This document shows, one piece after another, positions 22,556-35,894 of a stretch of DNA of 64,000 bases. Both the position numbers and the translations under genes were made by a program. Within the stretch, counting starts at the first letter, position 1, and every line of letters starts with the position of its first letter. Below the pieces are notes generated by a model. The model was not told the DNA's origin. It worked only from the letters and a program-made list of their open reading frames with translations, and ran no database searches. Origin of the DNA: Ophelia neglecta (taxonomy: Eukaryota); contig OZ260664.1 in NCBI GenBank assembly GCA_965285935.1, forward strand, positions 91,884,001-91,948,000, written 5' to 3'.

Positions 22556-23425
22556 GATGCTCCCCCAAATTGTACACAATGATTGACATATATATTTAGC
22601 CAATAGTACCTGCCATTGAGGAGACAATGGGGAATTGTGGGCTCTGGTGGCATATGCTCCAAGCACTTTGATACCGAGGCCACAGGCCGAGGGAAAATGA
22701 CAATAGAAGCATAAACCCATGCGTGGGGGGGGGGGGGTTCCTAATTTGAAAAATGCCAGTTGCGGATCCAGGATTTCAGGAAGGCGGGGGGGGGGGGGGG
22801 CAGGGGGGGATTTCCAAGGCTGACAAGGACAATGTCTGGATTGTCCCCGTTACCAAGGCTTTGAAACCACCTTGCGTGGGTCTAGAAATAGGCCCTGGTC
22901 CAGGCCCACTTTTTGGCAAGGGGGGGGGAGGCTATAAATTTGCCAATAAACTATTTGTATGATGACATGAAACTATGGAGGTGCCAGTTCATCTCTGAAT
23001 CGATTTTTATACAAAGAATTTTTTTGGGGGTAATGCTATTTTCTTCATATGAGTCCGCATATTTCACTATTTCCAATATAATTTCAATAAATATCCCATA
23101 ACTATACAATTATCATAATTTTTTTATTCATTATGACAACTTGTTATTAGTTATTCTTAATAAATCCTACGTTACATCCATATTTTCTCCTGCTGAATGT
23201 ATACAACTGAGTCAAGTTTCAATCTTGCCTCCGGCTTAGCACAATTGGGTGGGGAAGTGAGTTTAGCTGCCCCATACTATAAGCCCAATTAACCTAGAAG
23301 AGTAAAATAATACTTTTGCTGCCATTGCACTGAGCTGAGTGACATAACGCTTAAAAGCGTCAGCTAGGCTTAGGTTAGGGCTGAGGGTTAATTTCAGCGT
23401 TAGGGGAAGGGATAGGGACAAGTAC

Positions 23426-23498
23426 AATAGGTCTAGTGCTCTGTTTTAATTTCAGGATTTACCTCCGCAAGGCTCCGCGCGTCCGCTTTTAATCAAAA
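23426..23498 (-). repeat. Inverted second copy of the 3147..3219 repeat
   Basis: Reverse complement aligns to 3147..3219 with few mismatches; degenerate TTAGGG-like tract adjacent at about 23365..23415. Confidence 0.55.
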
Positions 23499-24685
23499 AT
23501 GTGATTATGTCTGGTAGTGTTAGGACGCTCATTACATTTCGTCGTTTCTAGATTAATATGCGACATTAGGTAGCTCATAATATTCTAAATTCCATGAGCA
23601 ATGTAAGTAGTGACATACACATACAACTGTTGGCATTAGTCCACGATTCATTCAATGTAAGTAGCTGCCAACTTGTCAGTCAAGCAGTATAATATAGTCC
23701 ATAGTTTTCCTAAATATCTGGCGCATAATAACTGGTTTTGACTAGTTCTGCACCGAAACAACTGAAACGTAACTAGTAGGTGGCGACATCCAGCGACCAA
23801 AATATGATCAAGTCTTAGAAAGAAGGAATGATGGTGTCCCATTTTGTCCACTCCCAGTCTGTCGATTAATTGCTACAAAGCTTAGTCATACTCGGGCAAA
23901 TGTTTTCGCTTGAACAAGTTCATCTGTTTTGGGTATATTTGCAATTCTTATCTTCCTAGTGCTGTTCACAGAGAAATTTCTATAGCAATAATTATTTTCT
24001 GCTCTTTTTTATTTGTGCCATTACGCACCACGATAGCGGATAGTTCCGATTAAACGATCGCATTCAAAACGTATCTTCCAAATAAAGAATTGAACACTCT
24101 TGGTATTGTGTTCATATGTGATGAATGGGGGCAGGCCTGCCCCGCCCCCCCCTGGATCCGCCCCTAAGTGGATGTTCTTTAAAGGCAATTTATAAGTTGT
24201 TATAAATGCTTTTAAACTATGAATATGTTCTGCGGAGTTGGCGTTACTACTATGGACAGCAGGTTCATGGGAGTTGACATTATATGGAAGTTAAAATGAA
24301 TCCATGTAAGTATTTCAAATGAAAACTCTAATGTCAGTTAAAGATGAACTTTTAAATACTTTCGTATGAGTCTTGGATAAAAGTCAAATGTTCGAGTTAG
24401 GTATATTGAAAGTTCAAGAAAAGTGTACATGGGAATTCGAGTATCGAGAATGACATTTCAGGTTTAGTTTAAGAATATGGAGTCATGTAATATTCCATTC
24501 TCACCTGGCAAGCAATCAAAGAAAATGAACAAGACCTTTTTCGAAATTCGATATTCGTCCTTGAAACTCGAGTTTCACACTAGATACTCGAACTTTCAGA
24601 CGAGAAAGTCAAACATTTGGCTCGAAAGGCGAAAGTTGCTATATAGTAACGCTCGGCAAAATCATGTCGTTATTTATTGATATAC

Positions 24686-24853
24686 CCTCTCTGTCTGTCT
24701 GTCAGTCTGTCTCTGTCACTCTGTCTCTCTTTCCCACTTTCTCTTTCTTTTTGGGCCTCTGTCTCTGTCTCTCCTCCTCCCTGTCTCTCCCTCTCAGTCT
24801 CTGTCTCTCTGTCTCTGTCTCTTGTATCTGTCTCCCTGTCTCTTCTCTCTGTT
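24686..24853. repeat. CT-rich microsatellite, (TCTCTG)n-like
   Basis: Direct inspection; runs into the assembly gap. Confidence 0.9.
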
Positions 24854-25012
24854 NNNNNNNNNNNNNNNNNNNNNNNNNNNNNNNNNNNNNNNNNNNNNNN
24901 NNNNNNNNNNNNNNNNNNNNNNNNNNNNNNNNNNNNNNNNNNNNNNNNNNNNNNNNNNNNNNNNNNNNNNNNNNNNNNNNNNNNNNNNNNNNNNNNNNNN
25001 NNNNNNNNNNNN
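24854..25012. other. Assembly gap (159 N)
   Basis: Run of N. Confidence 1.
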
Positions 25013-26169
25013 ATATTCGATGAGAAAGAGTCCAAATTGGGAGATGTTTAAACTATATTAGGAAATTTGTCTTGAAATAACTTCAATCTAACATCATTCC
25101 TAGAGAAATGGTGGGTTTCTGTGCCCATATAGCATTTTATGAGCTCCCTGTAAACCGAGTATGGGTAACGACATAAACGTGACCCCGAAGTTAAGGATGA
25201 CGATGAAGGAGGCCACGTGCGTGCTGCCATTATGTCATGATCAAACCCCGGGCGCAATTTCCGCGAACCCATTAAGTCATCGCCGCCAGCTCCCCGTACC
25301 TGATACGTGAAATGTCACCGGTCGAGCGCCTGCCAAACTTGTAGATGGCTGAAAATATTTGTGCAATGAGAAGAAACGTTATGTCACGATCCATATAGGC
25401 TATAGCCAAGACGTTTGCAAGCGCGGGACGTGACTGTTCTCACTTAATTGATCAACCGTCCTTAAGAACCTTTTGACGGCGGTTTCCTGCCTGCCAACTC
25501 AATAAACGTACCCGGCGAAATAGAGCTTTATTTTTAAGTCTAAATTGCGCCGCGAGCTAGTTCAGTCAACAGGGACGTTTAAGTGACGTTAAGGTGAAGA
25601 CATTGACCTTTGTTTTCTCTCAAGAGCGATGGGGCTTTCGAATACTATTTTGAAACAACATATTTCTTTAATAACATGCCTGTGGTTCAGCACAATTTTA
25701 TTACAATTTTATCCAAAAATATAGGGTTCAGTTATATTGGCAAATATTTTTTACAAGGACCCAAATTATATTGGTTTTAGGCCTTAAAATGACGAGAAGT
25801 CACATTTTAGTCACTAAAAAATAGCAGTAGACCCCACGTGCACATTATTCATGAACTATTTCAACTAACACTTTAATGTAATTATATTGAAAAGTCATAA
25901 AAAAAAGCATTTATACTTGTGTAAAAACAAGGATTTTCAATTACACACAATAAATCAAATATAAATCAGGAGTCGGCTAGTTTACGGCGAAACTGCTAAG
26001 CGAGACAAATTGTTTGAAATGTTTTGTTGTCCCAAATTGGCAGTTAGTGGTTTTAAGGAGGTGTACCACTAAGGTTAAATCTGTAGGGATACACATTTCC
26101 TTCCAAGAAACTTAATCTTCACTGCTACCTTCATCATTCATAGGAATGCCCGGGCCACGACTGAACCGG

Positions 26170-27190
26170 ATTATATTAAGTCGGAAAAGATGAGGACTTC
26201 ACTGACTTCACTGGTTTTCTTATAATAAGGTCCTGAAACTAGAAGTGTCGATCGAGATATATTTTTTGCTTCTCCCTGGCCTGAGGCAGGGATAACAGGG
26301 AAGCCATTATCGTTGGCTTTTCTATGACAACAAACACGTTTGGGTAAATCTGACAACATATCTTGTATTTTAGTGATTTGTTACGCAAAAATACCTTACC
26401 AAATAAACAGGGTTGGGCTTGTCATCTGGATACTCCAGGTCGGGAAGTGTATAGGGCTCTCCTTTTAGCTGCACGAGTTTCTGTGTCTAAAGTAATATGT
26501 TTATATGCCCACTGGAAGTTTGCTGTTCTCTCACCCATGGGCCCACAACAGAAAATCGAACGAGGAAAGTCCTGTGGATGGACTCAATGGGGACTAGGGA
26601 ACCAAACACCATGTCTAGTGGTAATACAGGGTCACGGCCAACTTCAGATTGAGGAGGAAGACTTTTAGAATTAAAACGTGGAATTGTACATCTATGTCAA
26701 TTCAGGCAATAGTTTGGGCCATCATATCTTATCTTCACTAGGAGAGATTTCAATCAAACAATTTCCGTTAAACCGTTCCGTTAGACCATTTCCTTCTGGG
26801 TTATACGGGTTTGTTTCGGTCTTCTATATATTGAACTATTTACACAGTTCTTCGATAACATGACCTTCAAAGCTACGACCATAAGGGAATCCAAAATGTT
26901 GGAAAAGTTCCTGAAACAAAGCCTTGGCTATTGTTTTTGCCTTTTGATTTTTACACGGGAGAGTTACTGTACATACATCAGTTATCAATAGGATATTTTC
27001 AATATAATCGGAAATTTTGCCTGGCAAGGTATAAACAATCGCTATTATCTCAAAACGTTTATTACCGACAAGAATTGAAACGTGGATTTCTGTTACTTTT
27101 ATTTCCATCATACAGCGCTGACACATCAAACAATGTTTAACAATATCGCTGTACATACTAAAAGCACCTTGTCCTAACGACAGAACATGT
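26170..27190 (-). pseudogene. Highly degenerate Gypsy integrase relic
   Basis: VKHCLMCQRC (zinc-binding end), RFEIIAI, LPCKNQKAKTIAKALFQELFQHFGFP, GRSFEG, and in another frame TNPYNPEGNGLTERFN. Confidence 0.8.
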
Positions 27191-28227
27191 ATGCTCTATC
27201 CAACAATCGCATGTACGTTTAAACCTTGTCGGTCTGTATGCTGTGCTCTTTATCACAGTATCCATGTGTTGTTTCGACTTGTATTAAATATACAGGTTGT
27301 TTCACTCCCACAGCCTCAGGCCGAATTTCCTCCAGATGGTAGTCAACACGCGCCGACTTCATTAATACACAGCACAAGTATAGAAATAAAGCAATTGGTG
27401 GCAGTCCTGCGTTCTGCTGTTTTTTTGATTTGGTTTTTCTACACGTACCGATAGTAGTAGTACACTCCACGCTTATTGATTATGTGATATTGTGTTTCGT
27501 GCAGCGTCTTATTCGATAATGGTTAAGACAACGTATTGAAACAGATCCGTTAGTAGTCTATTGCTGAAACTAGATGTTCATGAGCTAATGATTAGCATAC
27601 TGTTTGCAATTCTTGTTTTATAATTTTTTTTCTTTCTTTATTTTCGGTGCAATGACGAGAACTATTGCCGTGAATGACAATGGCTATTGCCCCCGCAAAC
27701 ACACCTGGGGTCACTGGACATCAATTGGGACCCACCCATCCACCGGCATTGCCAAGCCATATACCCCAAAACAGCTGCCCCCCCCCCCCCCATAAAAAAG
27801 GAGGGAACTGACCTTCCATATTGCTTACACTAAATGGTTCACATTTGCGAGAAAAGGTTTTGTGCGTGATTGTATCACACAATCAGGAAGTCTGTCCCAT
27901 GCAGGAGCTCAAGACTTAAGACTAGTTTAATTTATACATGCACATGAACCTAGACTTTTAAGCCTATGCCAATGCCATTTGTGAAGATTAAAAAAATGTG
28001 TTATCATGTACCTTGAGAACACTGTTACCCCACGGTCCAAAAATGTTTAAAACAGCCTTAAATTAGTATTAACCTGTTATCTTCATACCTCTAATGTCCT
28101 ATTCTCATTTCCCATTCTCGTAGTTGTTTTATTGCATGCAGGAAATACCAAGGTTTCCATAGCACTGTATCATTCCGCATTGCAACAGTTACTGAACAAT
28201 TTCATTATTATCTTATATTAGCCAACT

Positions 28228-28679
28228 TTGGCAGCCATTTGAATTCAATTTTTATCAATTTGCATACGTGTTCAAATGTATTTCTCTACTGTCTCGTTTT
28301 ATTTGAAATCTTCATCAGCTTTGTACTTCTTCATTTTTAGCTTCCCAATGCCAACTTTAGTAATTTTTATTGGAAGTTGGCGGCCATATTGGAATTATGT
28401 AAATTAGAAGCATAAGTTTATAAGGTTCAACAGAACTTTTTAACTATTAAGTATTCTCTGATGTGATTAATCATTTACAGATGTAAAAAAAATATTTGGT
28501 GGCTGAAATATAAACAAGGCTTAGTCGACTCCATATAATGGACGGCCATATTGGATTTATATAAGTAAAATAAAATAATCAAGTGTGAGAACTCTTCACC
28601 GTATGAATGAATAATCAACCGGGAAAAAACAGCTATTTATAAGACTCGGTATCCGCTATTGCCGGACTAATGTATCTAA
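28228..28679. mobile_element. Probable DNA-transposon terminus with repeated GGCGGCCATATTGGA motifs, ending ..CCGGACTA (Academ-like, tentative)
   Basis: Three spaced GGC(A/G)GCCAT motifs near 28230, 28379 and 28541 and a terminal CCGCTATTGCCGGACTA; no partner TIR found. Confidence 0.3.
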
Positions 28680-31600
28680 TTGATTATATATATACAAGCC
28701 TTCGTCCGAATCAAACAAAATTCACAGTAAATATCCTTTAGCGACACAATATAAATAGCAAAATAATCCACATTGATGTAAACGGAACTGATGAGGCTTA
28801 GATACGGCATCAAAGACGAGAGGAAACTGACGCAAATCACAATCTTCAACTATACACGTTCTCCGACCTATTTCTGTCACAACGGAAGCTATTACCCGCT
28901 TTTTGCATGACACTTCTCGGAAAAATCTTCATAAGCCGCTTTCGGCTTATTTCCATTATGAAAGAGGTTTATTTTTTACTCGAAAAGAGCAGACATGCAT
29001 CGACCTTGCACCATTCTTAAAGAAGGTGAGGTTAGTTTTTTAACCTAGCTTAGTCGTCCACAGGGACCTAACATATAGCAATTGGAGGGGGGGGGGGGGT
29101 GGAGAGGGGGGGGGGGGCTTGGGTTGTCTAAGCCTTCCTGATGGTGAGGAATAGCGGGAGCTGGTCCCGCATAATACCCAACATTAAAACGTAGTGGTAT
29201 CTTTATATGCCTACTACATCAGTTTGAAGCGAATGTCCCACAACAACATATCGGCGATGAAATGTTGTGTTCTTACCCTACATTAGACTCATATGCAGCA
29301 TTTTGCTACATATCATGGATTCTGTATTATCATAATAGAGACTTCTCTGCTTAAGTGATAGAGTTGTGACTAAGTGCCACGCCAGCAGGGTGATCACATA
29401 GGCCTGTCAGACCCCTCAGCCTAATCAGTCCTTAAAGAAGGAACCTGAAACTACAGCGGCCTCAACATCAGCCCTCAAAACTGGGTCCTGCCCAACAAGC
29501 ACCACGAAAATCGATGGAATTATTTATACCCCCCCCCCCCCCACACACACACACACCTATATATATATATAAATAACTTTATTTCCTCCAGTTTGGAGGG
29601 TGCTTTGGAATACAGTTGCCATACATACAATATACAAATTAACATAATAATAAACAATCTATGATACAGGAAAGGTACATTTCGAGCGAGACATATCAAT
29701 GAGTGTCCGGTCATAATTACACCTAGGCCTTAAGATTCAGATCTACTACCTACAAATAGCATGACTGGCAGAACAAGAGAGGCAATGCTTTATATGTTAT
29801 TATGATCCTATTATTTTCATTTATGAAATCGCAAGCTCGGAGCCATTCTAGTTCATTTCCTATACCAGATGTTTCAGTTACAAGCTTTCCTATCTGACAG
29901 CGTCGGGCGGGGATCGAGGGGCAGAGCAGTGCAGACGACTTTGAGCACCCGGAGCCGCGCCAGCTGACCCGTGCTTCATGTTCGTGCTAAGAGGCGTCCG
30001 CGCCCGACATCATGGAGGCGCCCGCACAATAGGCGCCAAGCATAATACAACATCGAGAGTGCAGGAACCACTTAGAATCAGACGAGAGGCTGCCACAGTA
30101 GGATAATACCAACTGTATATCGGATTAAAGGAACAATCACCCATTCTATGTTTCATCGGGAATAACGATTTTTTTCCTGAATATTAACAATGACTATAAT
30201 TACATTTGTGACATCGACAAAGTATTTGGAAATTAACCTAGATTACGGCGGTTAATGAGCTTCCGTTGACATTTCCGTTGAAACATTTTCCGAGGCTATG
30301 CTTGACCTATTTTTTCTAATAGGTTCCTTGGAGGAAACGCAAGAATTCGGTTACGCCAAACACTGACTGAAGCTGGTGGTGCAAAACAAATAATTCTGAC
30401 AGGAGGCTGCTGGCTGCCTTCGAGCGATAAGGTGTCTGTTTCCCCGCTACCAGCTTAGACACTGTGGCTTACCACCCGGAAATCGAATTCTTGGCCTGGT
30501 CCTGCCAACACCGGTCTTGGCAGCTCTTCACACAGTCTGACTGCTGAATTATTATTGAAAGTGAGTCGACGAACACCATTCACTAGGCGGTTCTCTAAAC
30601 TGTTTGCAGCATTTTCCCAGGAGAATCAGCAGGCAGTATTTGATTATAGGGCAAAAATCCAGAGTCGCAGTTTGCATTAGGCAACAGCAGAAGGCAGATT
30701 CCACAGCCCACCAGAAGTGTACCCATATTACAGTCTGCTTCTCCGAATCGCCGGATGATACTCTAAGAATAATTCAATCGCCACTTGCGCCATGTGAACG
30801 TGACGGGCATATCACTGCTGCTCAATATCCTAGCCGTCTCATTTCGTCTGTTGCCCGGAAGATTTGTGCTATTTAACTGCACAACAAACCTCCGGTTTTG
30901 ATTTTATCCAATCATTATGTTCAGTGAACAGTTATATCTACGGATTGATTATTTGGTTGTTATCAAAAGGAACTGAACCCCGCTGCTTAAAGTAAAGACA
31001 TTATTCAGATTAGTGGTATATACTCCATGAACAATAGGCCAGAGTGTTGCCTTGGGACACGTTTGATCACTAGAGCCACAAAGGAGTAATGAGATTTACA
31101 AAACAGGGGTGATTACCTTGGCACACATCAAAGACGGAAACTACAAAAGAAGATATTGGAAAGTCTTCCCCTTCACAGATAGAAAACGGTACTTTTTCTT
31201 AAATAATTACAATAGAAAACGTCATTGCAGGCCTAGTGGGTGATTCAAAGCAGAATGGATGTTTTATTTTGAGTTATTATTCAGCCGAGTAGAGCTGTAT
31301 AACGATCAATAACACGACATTATATGCCTAAGGGGCCGCTCAGAATGAATGCAGTCATTTCATAATAAACACACTGGGGATTTGGAAGGAAAAGCTACTC
31401 AATACCTGAATAGGTCTATCATGTGGTGAGAGCATCGTACACCGGAGATAATCGATCAAACCTATATTTACCCCCTTAACAACTCGATGCAGTGTATCGA
31501 ACGGTTACCTTGAACAATCTTTTGTGTACGGCTTGGATATCGTTGTTTTTTATTGACTGAGCAAAATCTATTCACTGGCTAATACTTGCCGCTCTGGCAC

Positions 31601-31853
31601 ACAAGGCAAACGTGGAGCAAATCTCACGGCCGGAGTAGCGAGTGAGTTGTTATTTTATGCTTGCAGCTTGTAAACATCGCCTGAGAAGTGTGGCTGGTTT
31701 GTGGCAAACTGCGACCTATATTGTCTGTGTTAAGTCGTGAGTTGAGCTCTGCTTTAGGCTCCTTGGTTCCCGCAGCCATTCACCATTTCGTGCCGCGGCT
31801 TTTTCGCTAAGACAATCGCCACCATTCGGTGCTCGATATTTTGCGGTGTGACA

Positions 31854-32645
31854 ATGGGGGGAGGGCAGTCACTTGCCGAGCGCGGTCGAGGTGGAACTGG
31901 GCCGCCATCCCATGGACCGAGGGCGCCCAAGGCCCCAAAAGCATCTCCCTCTCGGGAGAAGGAGTCACCAAACAGCCCAGAGTCGGGAATATTATCTCCC
32001 AAAGAAATGGAACTTGTCCTCCAAACCTGGACAGTTATGGGAGAAGATATTGTTGGAAATGGAGTGCGGGTGTTCTTAAGAATCAACCAATTGGAGCCCT
32101 CGATCATTCAGGCGTTCCCGTTCCGTGACCTTTCCATAGAGGAGCTGCCGAAGTCGCCTCTGTTCCGTGGCCACGCATCACGGTTTATGAAGGCGGTAGA
32201 AGTGACCTTAGAGCACTTGGGGGCCTTGGAGGTCATTGTGATACCCAACCTGATCCATTTAGGTAAGGCCCACGCCCGAATACGCGGCTTCAAGGTCGAG
32301 TACCTACAGGTATTCCAACGCGCCATGGTGGACATCTGGCAGGAGAGTCTCGGAAAACAATTCAAGGGCGAATGCAAAGAGGGGTGGATAAAAATATTCA
32401 GTTTTGTTACTTTGAAAGTACTTGAAGGATATGAAGTGGGCCTTAGTGAAATGGAACAGGACAGCGACCCTCAGTCACGTCGGAGCTTCAGCGGTCAGGG
32501 CCAATTCCGCTTTCCGACTATACTGAATAGCAATAACTCTAGCCCAGCTCGTCTTCCTCAGGCGGAAACGGACGCGCGCTTAGAGGGACGTGGGCTCAAT
32601 TCAAACAATATCGCCGTTGTTGTAACCAATAACGGCTCTGCGTGA
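31854..32645 (+). CDS. Globin with N- and C-terminal extensions, predicted N-myristoylated (globin X-like / neuroglobin-like), CDS uninterrupted, 263 aa
   Basis: A12 Trp (LQTW), C2 Pro, CD1 Phe (AFPF), E7 His (RGHASRFM), F8 His (LGKAHA), H8 Trp (EGWIKIF); ACAATGG start context; MGGGQS start. Confidence 0.9.
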   Translation: MGGGQSLAERGRGGTGPPSHGPRAPKAPKASPSREKESPNSPESGILSPKEMELVLQTWTVMGEDIVGNGVRVFLRINQLEPSIIQAFPFRDLSIEELPKSPLFRGHASRFMKAVEVTLEHLGALEVIVIPNLIHLGKAHARIRGFKVEYLQVFQRAMVDIWQESLGKQFKGECKEGWIKIFSFVTLKVLEGYEVGLSEMEQDSDPQSRRSFSGQGQFRFPTILNSNNSSPARLPQAETDARLEGRGLNSNNIAVVVTNNGSA

Positions 32646-34791
32646 TTCTTTACGACACCATGTGATTAAATACAATAGTTCAGTCTAGCAGAATGTGTGA
32701 TACAAACAGGATTTGGCAGTGTAATAAGATACAACTAGGGAACATATTCTAAGCACAATGGGTTTTTCTCCGAAAACATGGCGGAAAGATCTGGAGTTTG
32801 ATATAAAGCTTATCGATCGCCAAAACCAGGGGATATTTTACATTGCAGTGTATTAAACCAGCCTGCCAACTGTCGATTATTTATTCATGTGTATTCCATT
32901 AGGACGTGTTTGATTAAGCAGGAACGGCCGGACTACTAACTAATGTCTCCCCGGGACTCTGCGATAGGCCATGTTGGCTGTTCTATGAGCGGTAATCAGT
33001 ACAAATCAGCCAGAAATTTAGTTTATCTATTTACCATAGTCAGGAATAGCGCTGGGCAAACAAGCTTGTTGTGGGGCAAAAAAATCTCTTTAATACGGGA
33101 AGACGCCTGCTGACGTAGCCCCGAGCTGCTGCCATCAAGAGGGAATGAGCGAACTCCCAAAATTAGGGATGAATGGCGAAATAAAAGACCTTGGGCCCAA
33201 GATCTTACTGGCAATAAATCTAAATGAGTAACGAGGTTTTGAGTAATGAAGAAATGGGGAATGCTTACAAATGTAGTTTGTAGTTTGGCTCGGCAAACAA
33301 GTCTCGCATGGACAGGAGTTTTCGATAAAAAATCGGATGAAGCTTGAAATATGTAAGATGCAAGTGCCCTTTTAACGCTGCACGTCTCTGCTCATAATAT
33401 GGCTACCATGTGACATTTATAATACATTAGCACCAGTGCAGTGAATTGGAATGCCTTTTGAGCTTCCGCCAGAAGAAATAGACCAGAGACACAGTTTTTT
33501 TTCCGATTGACATTTCCAGCCGGTTTTCTCAATGGCAACTAATGTACCACTTAGCCAGCCACCAGCTAGGGCAAAAGGAAGTAGAATAGCAAGGACCTGG
33601 CGAATGTTTGCCCCCTTAGGCGCGTTTCTTAGTCCAATGCATATCCACTGATCAGTGTATATTTGGTTTCCATTCTCATCAATTTCATTTAGCGAGGGCG
33701 TAAATGCCAAATTGAATCGCTATATTTGCATCGTTTGATGAGCAGCAGTGGTCTCTCTTGTGTGTAGGAACACTGTTATTCAATTATTGGAACTCTTGTG
33801 ACAGTCTAAGAGGTATCGTGTGAAAAAAAAAAAAAAATTTTATCTGGCTTCGCCTGCAAAGTCTCATATTAATAGACTTTCAACCGTATTGGCTGATCGC
33901 TCTAGTCGATGACACTTCATTGACTCTGGCGTTGTACCATTCGCCCAACTGTTTTTGAGTTTTGTGTTGTTTGGATCAGCTCTATATCTTATTCATTTGG
34001 ATAACTTATGTGACTTGCATCAATTTGACTAAACTATATAATACCTGCATTGAGTTACATGTTCGTAACGAATGCCATGCACAAATTGCATTAATTGCCG
34101 CTAGGCTAGTAACGCATTACCAAGTAAGTGTCATAGTTATCACATATTCTTAATTACTGATGATTATTGCTACACTTGTCGACGTTAGGTTCGTGATGCC
34201 TTAATAATAAACGAGCCATAATAGCTCGTACTATAAAACACGAAATATTTACACATTCGTCCATACTCGAGGAGTCTTTGCCTTTCGATACCGTACTTTG
34301 CATAATATGGCTTCTGTGTGTATTCGAAATCAAATTAAACAAGACTTGTTTAAAAGCTTTAATGTTTTTTATTAGGTAAAAATTTAGTTGTATCCTTATT
34401 TATTTTATGCTAATTATCAACAGCATAAACAGCATACAGTCGCTTCTATATTTTTAAATACAAGCCTAGTTGAATCAGAGGACTAAATACTGTCGGCTGC
34501 TGTCAGGGATGCTTCATTTGATGTCTAGGTAATGAATGGAGGGGGGGGGGGGCGATGGTCGCCCCATCATGAACTAGATGTGAATAACCAATAGGCGGTT
34601 ATTGTCTGCAGCTATGTCTGTTTTTGTTATTTAAAAGTGCACTTTTGCTCAGTAAAACCTCCTCGAAACCAAATGGAGCGATCCCTGTCAGTGTTAGTAA
34701 GCTAATGTTTATACATTTATTGGATTTTTTCCCGAAATTTCTGCTGATTAAAGAAGCGTATTTCAGAAGTGCATAGACCTCACAGAAAAAA

Positions 34792-35894
34792 TTCAGCCAA
34801 ATCCGTTAATGTTTGACCATCCCCCCTACCGAGGCTTCCGAAAAGCAGCACGGGCTTCATCTAAATTTGATGTAAAAATCGTGTATCTCACCCACAATTA
34901 AAGGGATCTAAATTTCTCATATAGATTTTATAAGCGCTGAATTAGTTTGTGACCATTTCAGGCCATTTTGAGATCTTGGTCACGTTATTTTGATCGGATT
35001 TAAGCTAATTTAGGGTTAAAAGCCCTTAAGATCTAGGACAGAAAGGATGGATTTTACAGTTTTCATGCTTGTTAATCCTGTCTTAGAGACATGGTAATAG
35101 TGTCTTAGTGGCCAAAAGTCTGTTTTAAAATAACGTTGTAACAGCGCAGCTCTTCATGGCATTACTGTAATAAGTGTTAGCTGTAACTTCTCCAATAGAA
35201 TTCAAAGTATGTGTTATTTTTTGATAGATTAAATCTGCCAAGACTGAATAACAATGGGAGATGCACTGAAGATGCTTCATTAACTTGAATAAACTTGAGG
35301 CTCATGTAGTTTTAAGTCTATAAATTTCATTAATATTATTTGTTGTTTTCCAATTTCTTACTTTATACTTTATACCTTATGCTTTTAATACTTTAACATA
35401 TATATATATACATACATACATAATTTTACTTTAATTTCAATCAATTGTTTTCACATATGATTGCATCCAAGAAGTCCTTATGATTGCATTGTATTGCATG
35501 TCATAATATTTAACTGATTTAAATGGCCAGTAGTAGTTTCTGAATTGAAATTCTTCCTGGGATAACATAAATCATAAAAACCTTGTGAAACGCAGTAAAA
35601 TTGTTCAAATCCGACCCTTTCTGGGCAAGATCTGGTTATATTACAGATTTCAAAACTTAATTACCTAAATTGTTCAAAATCAGGCGACCTTGATCTCAAA
35701 ATGGCCAAAAACCGTAATACCCTCAAATCAGCAGCATTAAAAACATCCTATAAGACACTTAGATCCATTTAATAGGAATTGGTGTGGCTGCGATATATGA
35801 TTTTTACATGAAAACTAGATGACGCGGACTCCACCCGTCAGCGTTTCGGAATCCTTGGTAAGGGGAGGGCCAAACATTAAGGGATATGGCTGAA
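34792..35894. mobile_element. Old foldback/MITE-like element with long diverged inverted arms (~34792..35060 and ~35595..35894)
   Basis: TTCAGCCAAATCCGTTAATGTTTGACC..TTCCGAAA matches the reverse complement of the 35840..35894 region; GGCCATTTTGAGATC versus GATCTCAAAATGGCC; AT-rich spacer. Confidence 0.7.

Larger units (their letters stand above)
12485..23230 (+). repeat. Tandem segmental triplication of intron-3 end + last exon + 3' flank (units 12485..19546 incl. LINE, 19547..21246, 21247..23230)
   Basis: Each unit starts TTGTAGTCGAGTCTG and ends CAATCTTGCC. 18466..20160 and 20165..21864 are near-identical. Confidence 0.9.

Noticed and set aside
24664-25061. ORFs spanning the CT microsatellite and N gap
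   Set aside because: Artifacts of low-complexity sequence and Ns.
28931-28950. Perfect hairpin ATAAGCCG-CTTT-CGGCTTAT as a terminator
   Set aside because: Eukaryotic context with no associated gene; probably part of a transposon end and cannot be assigned.
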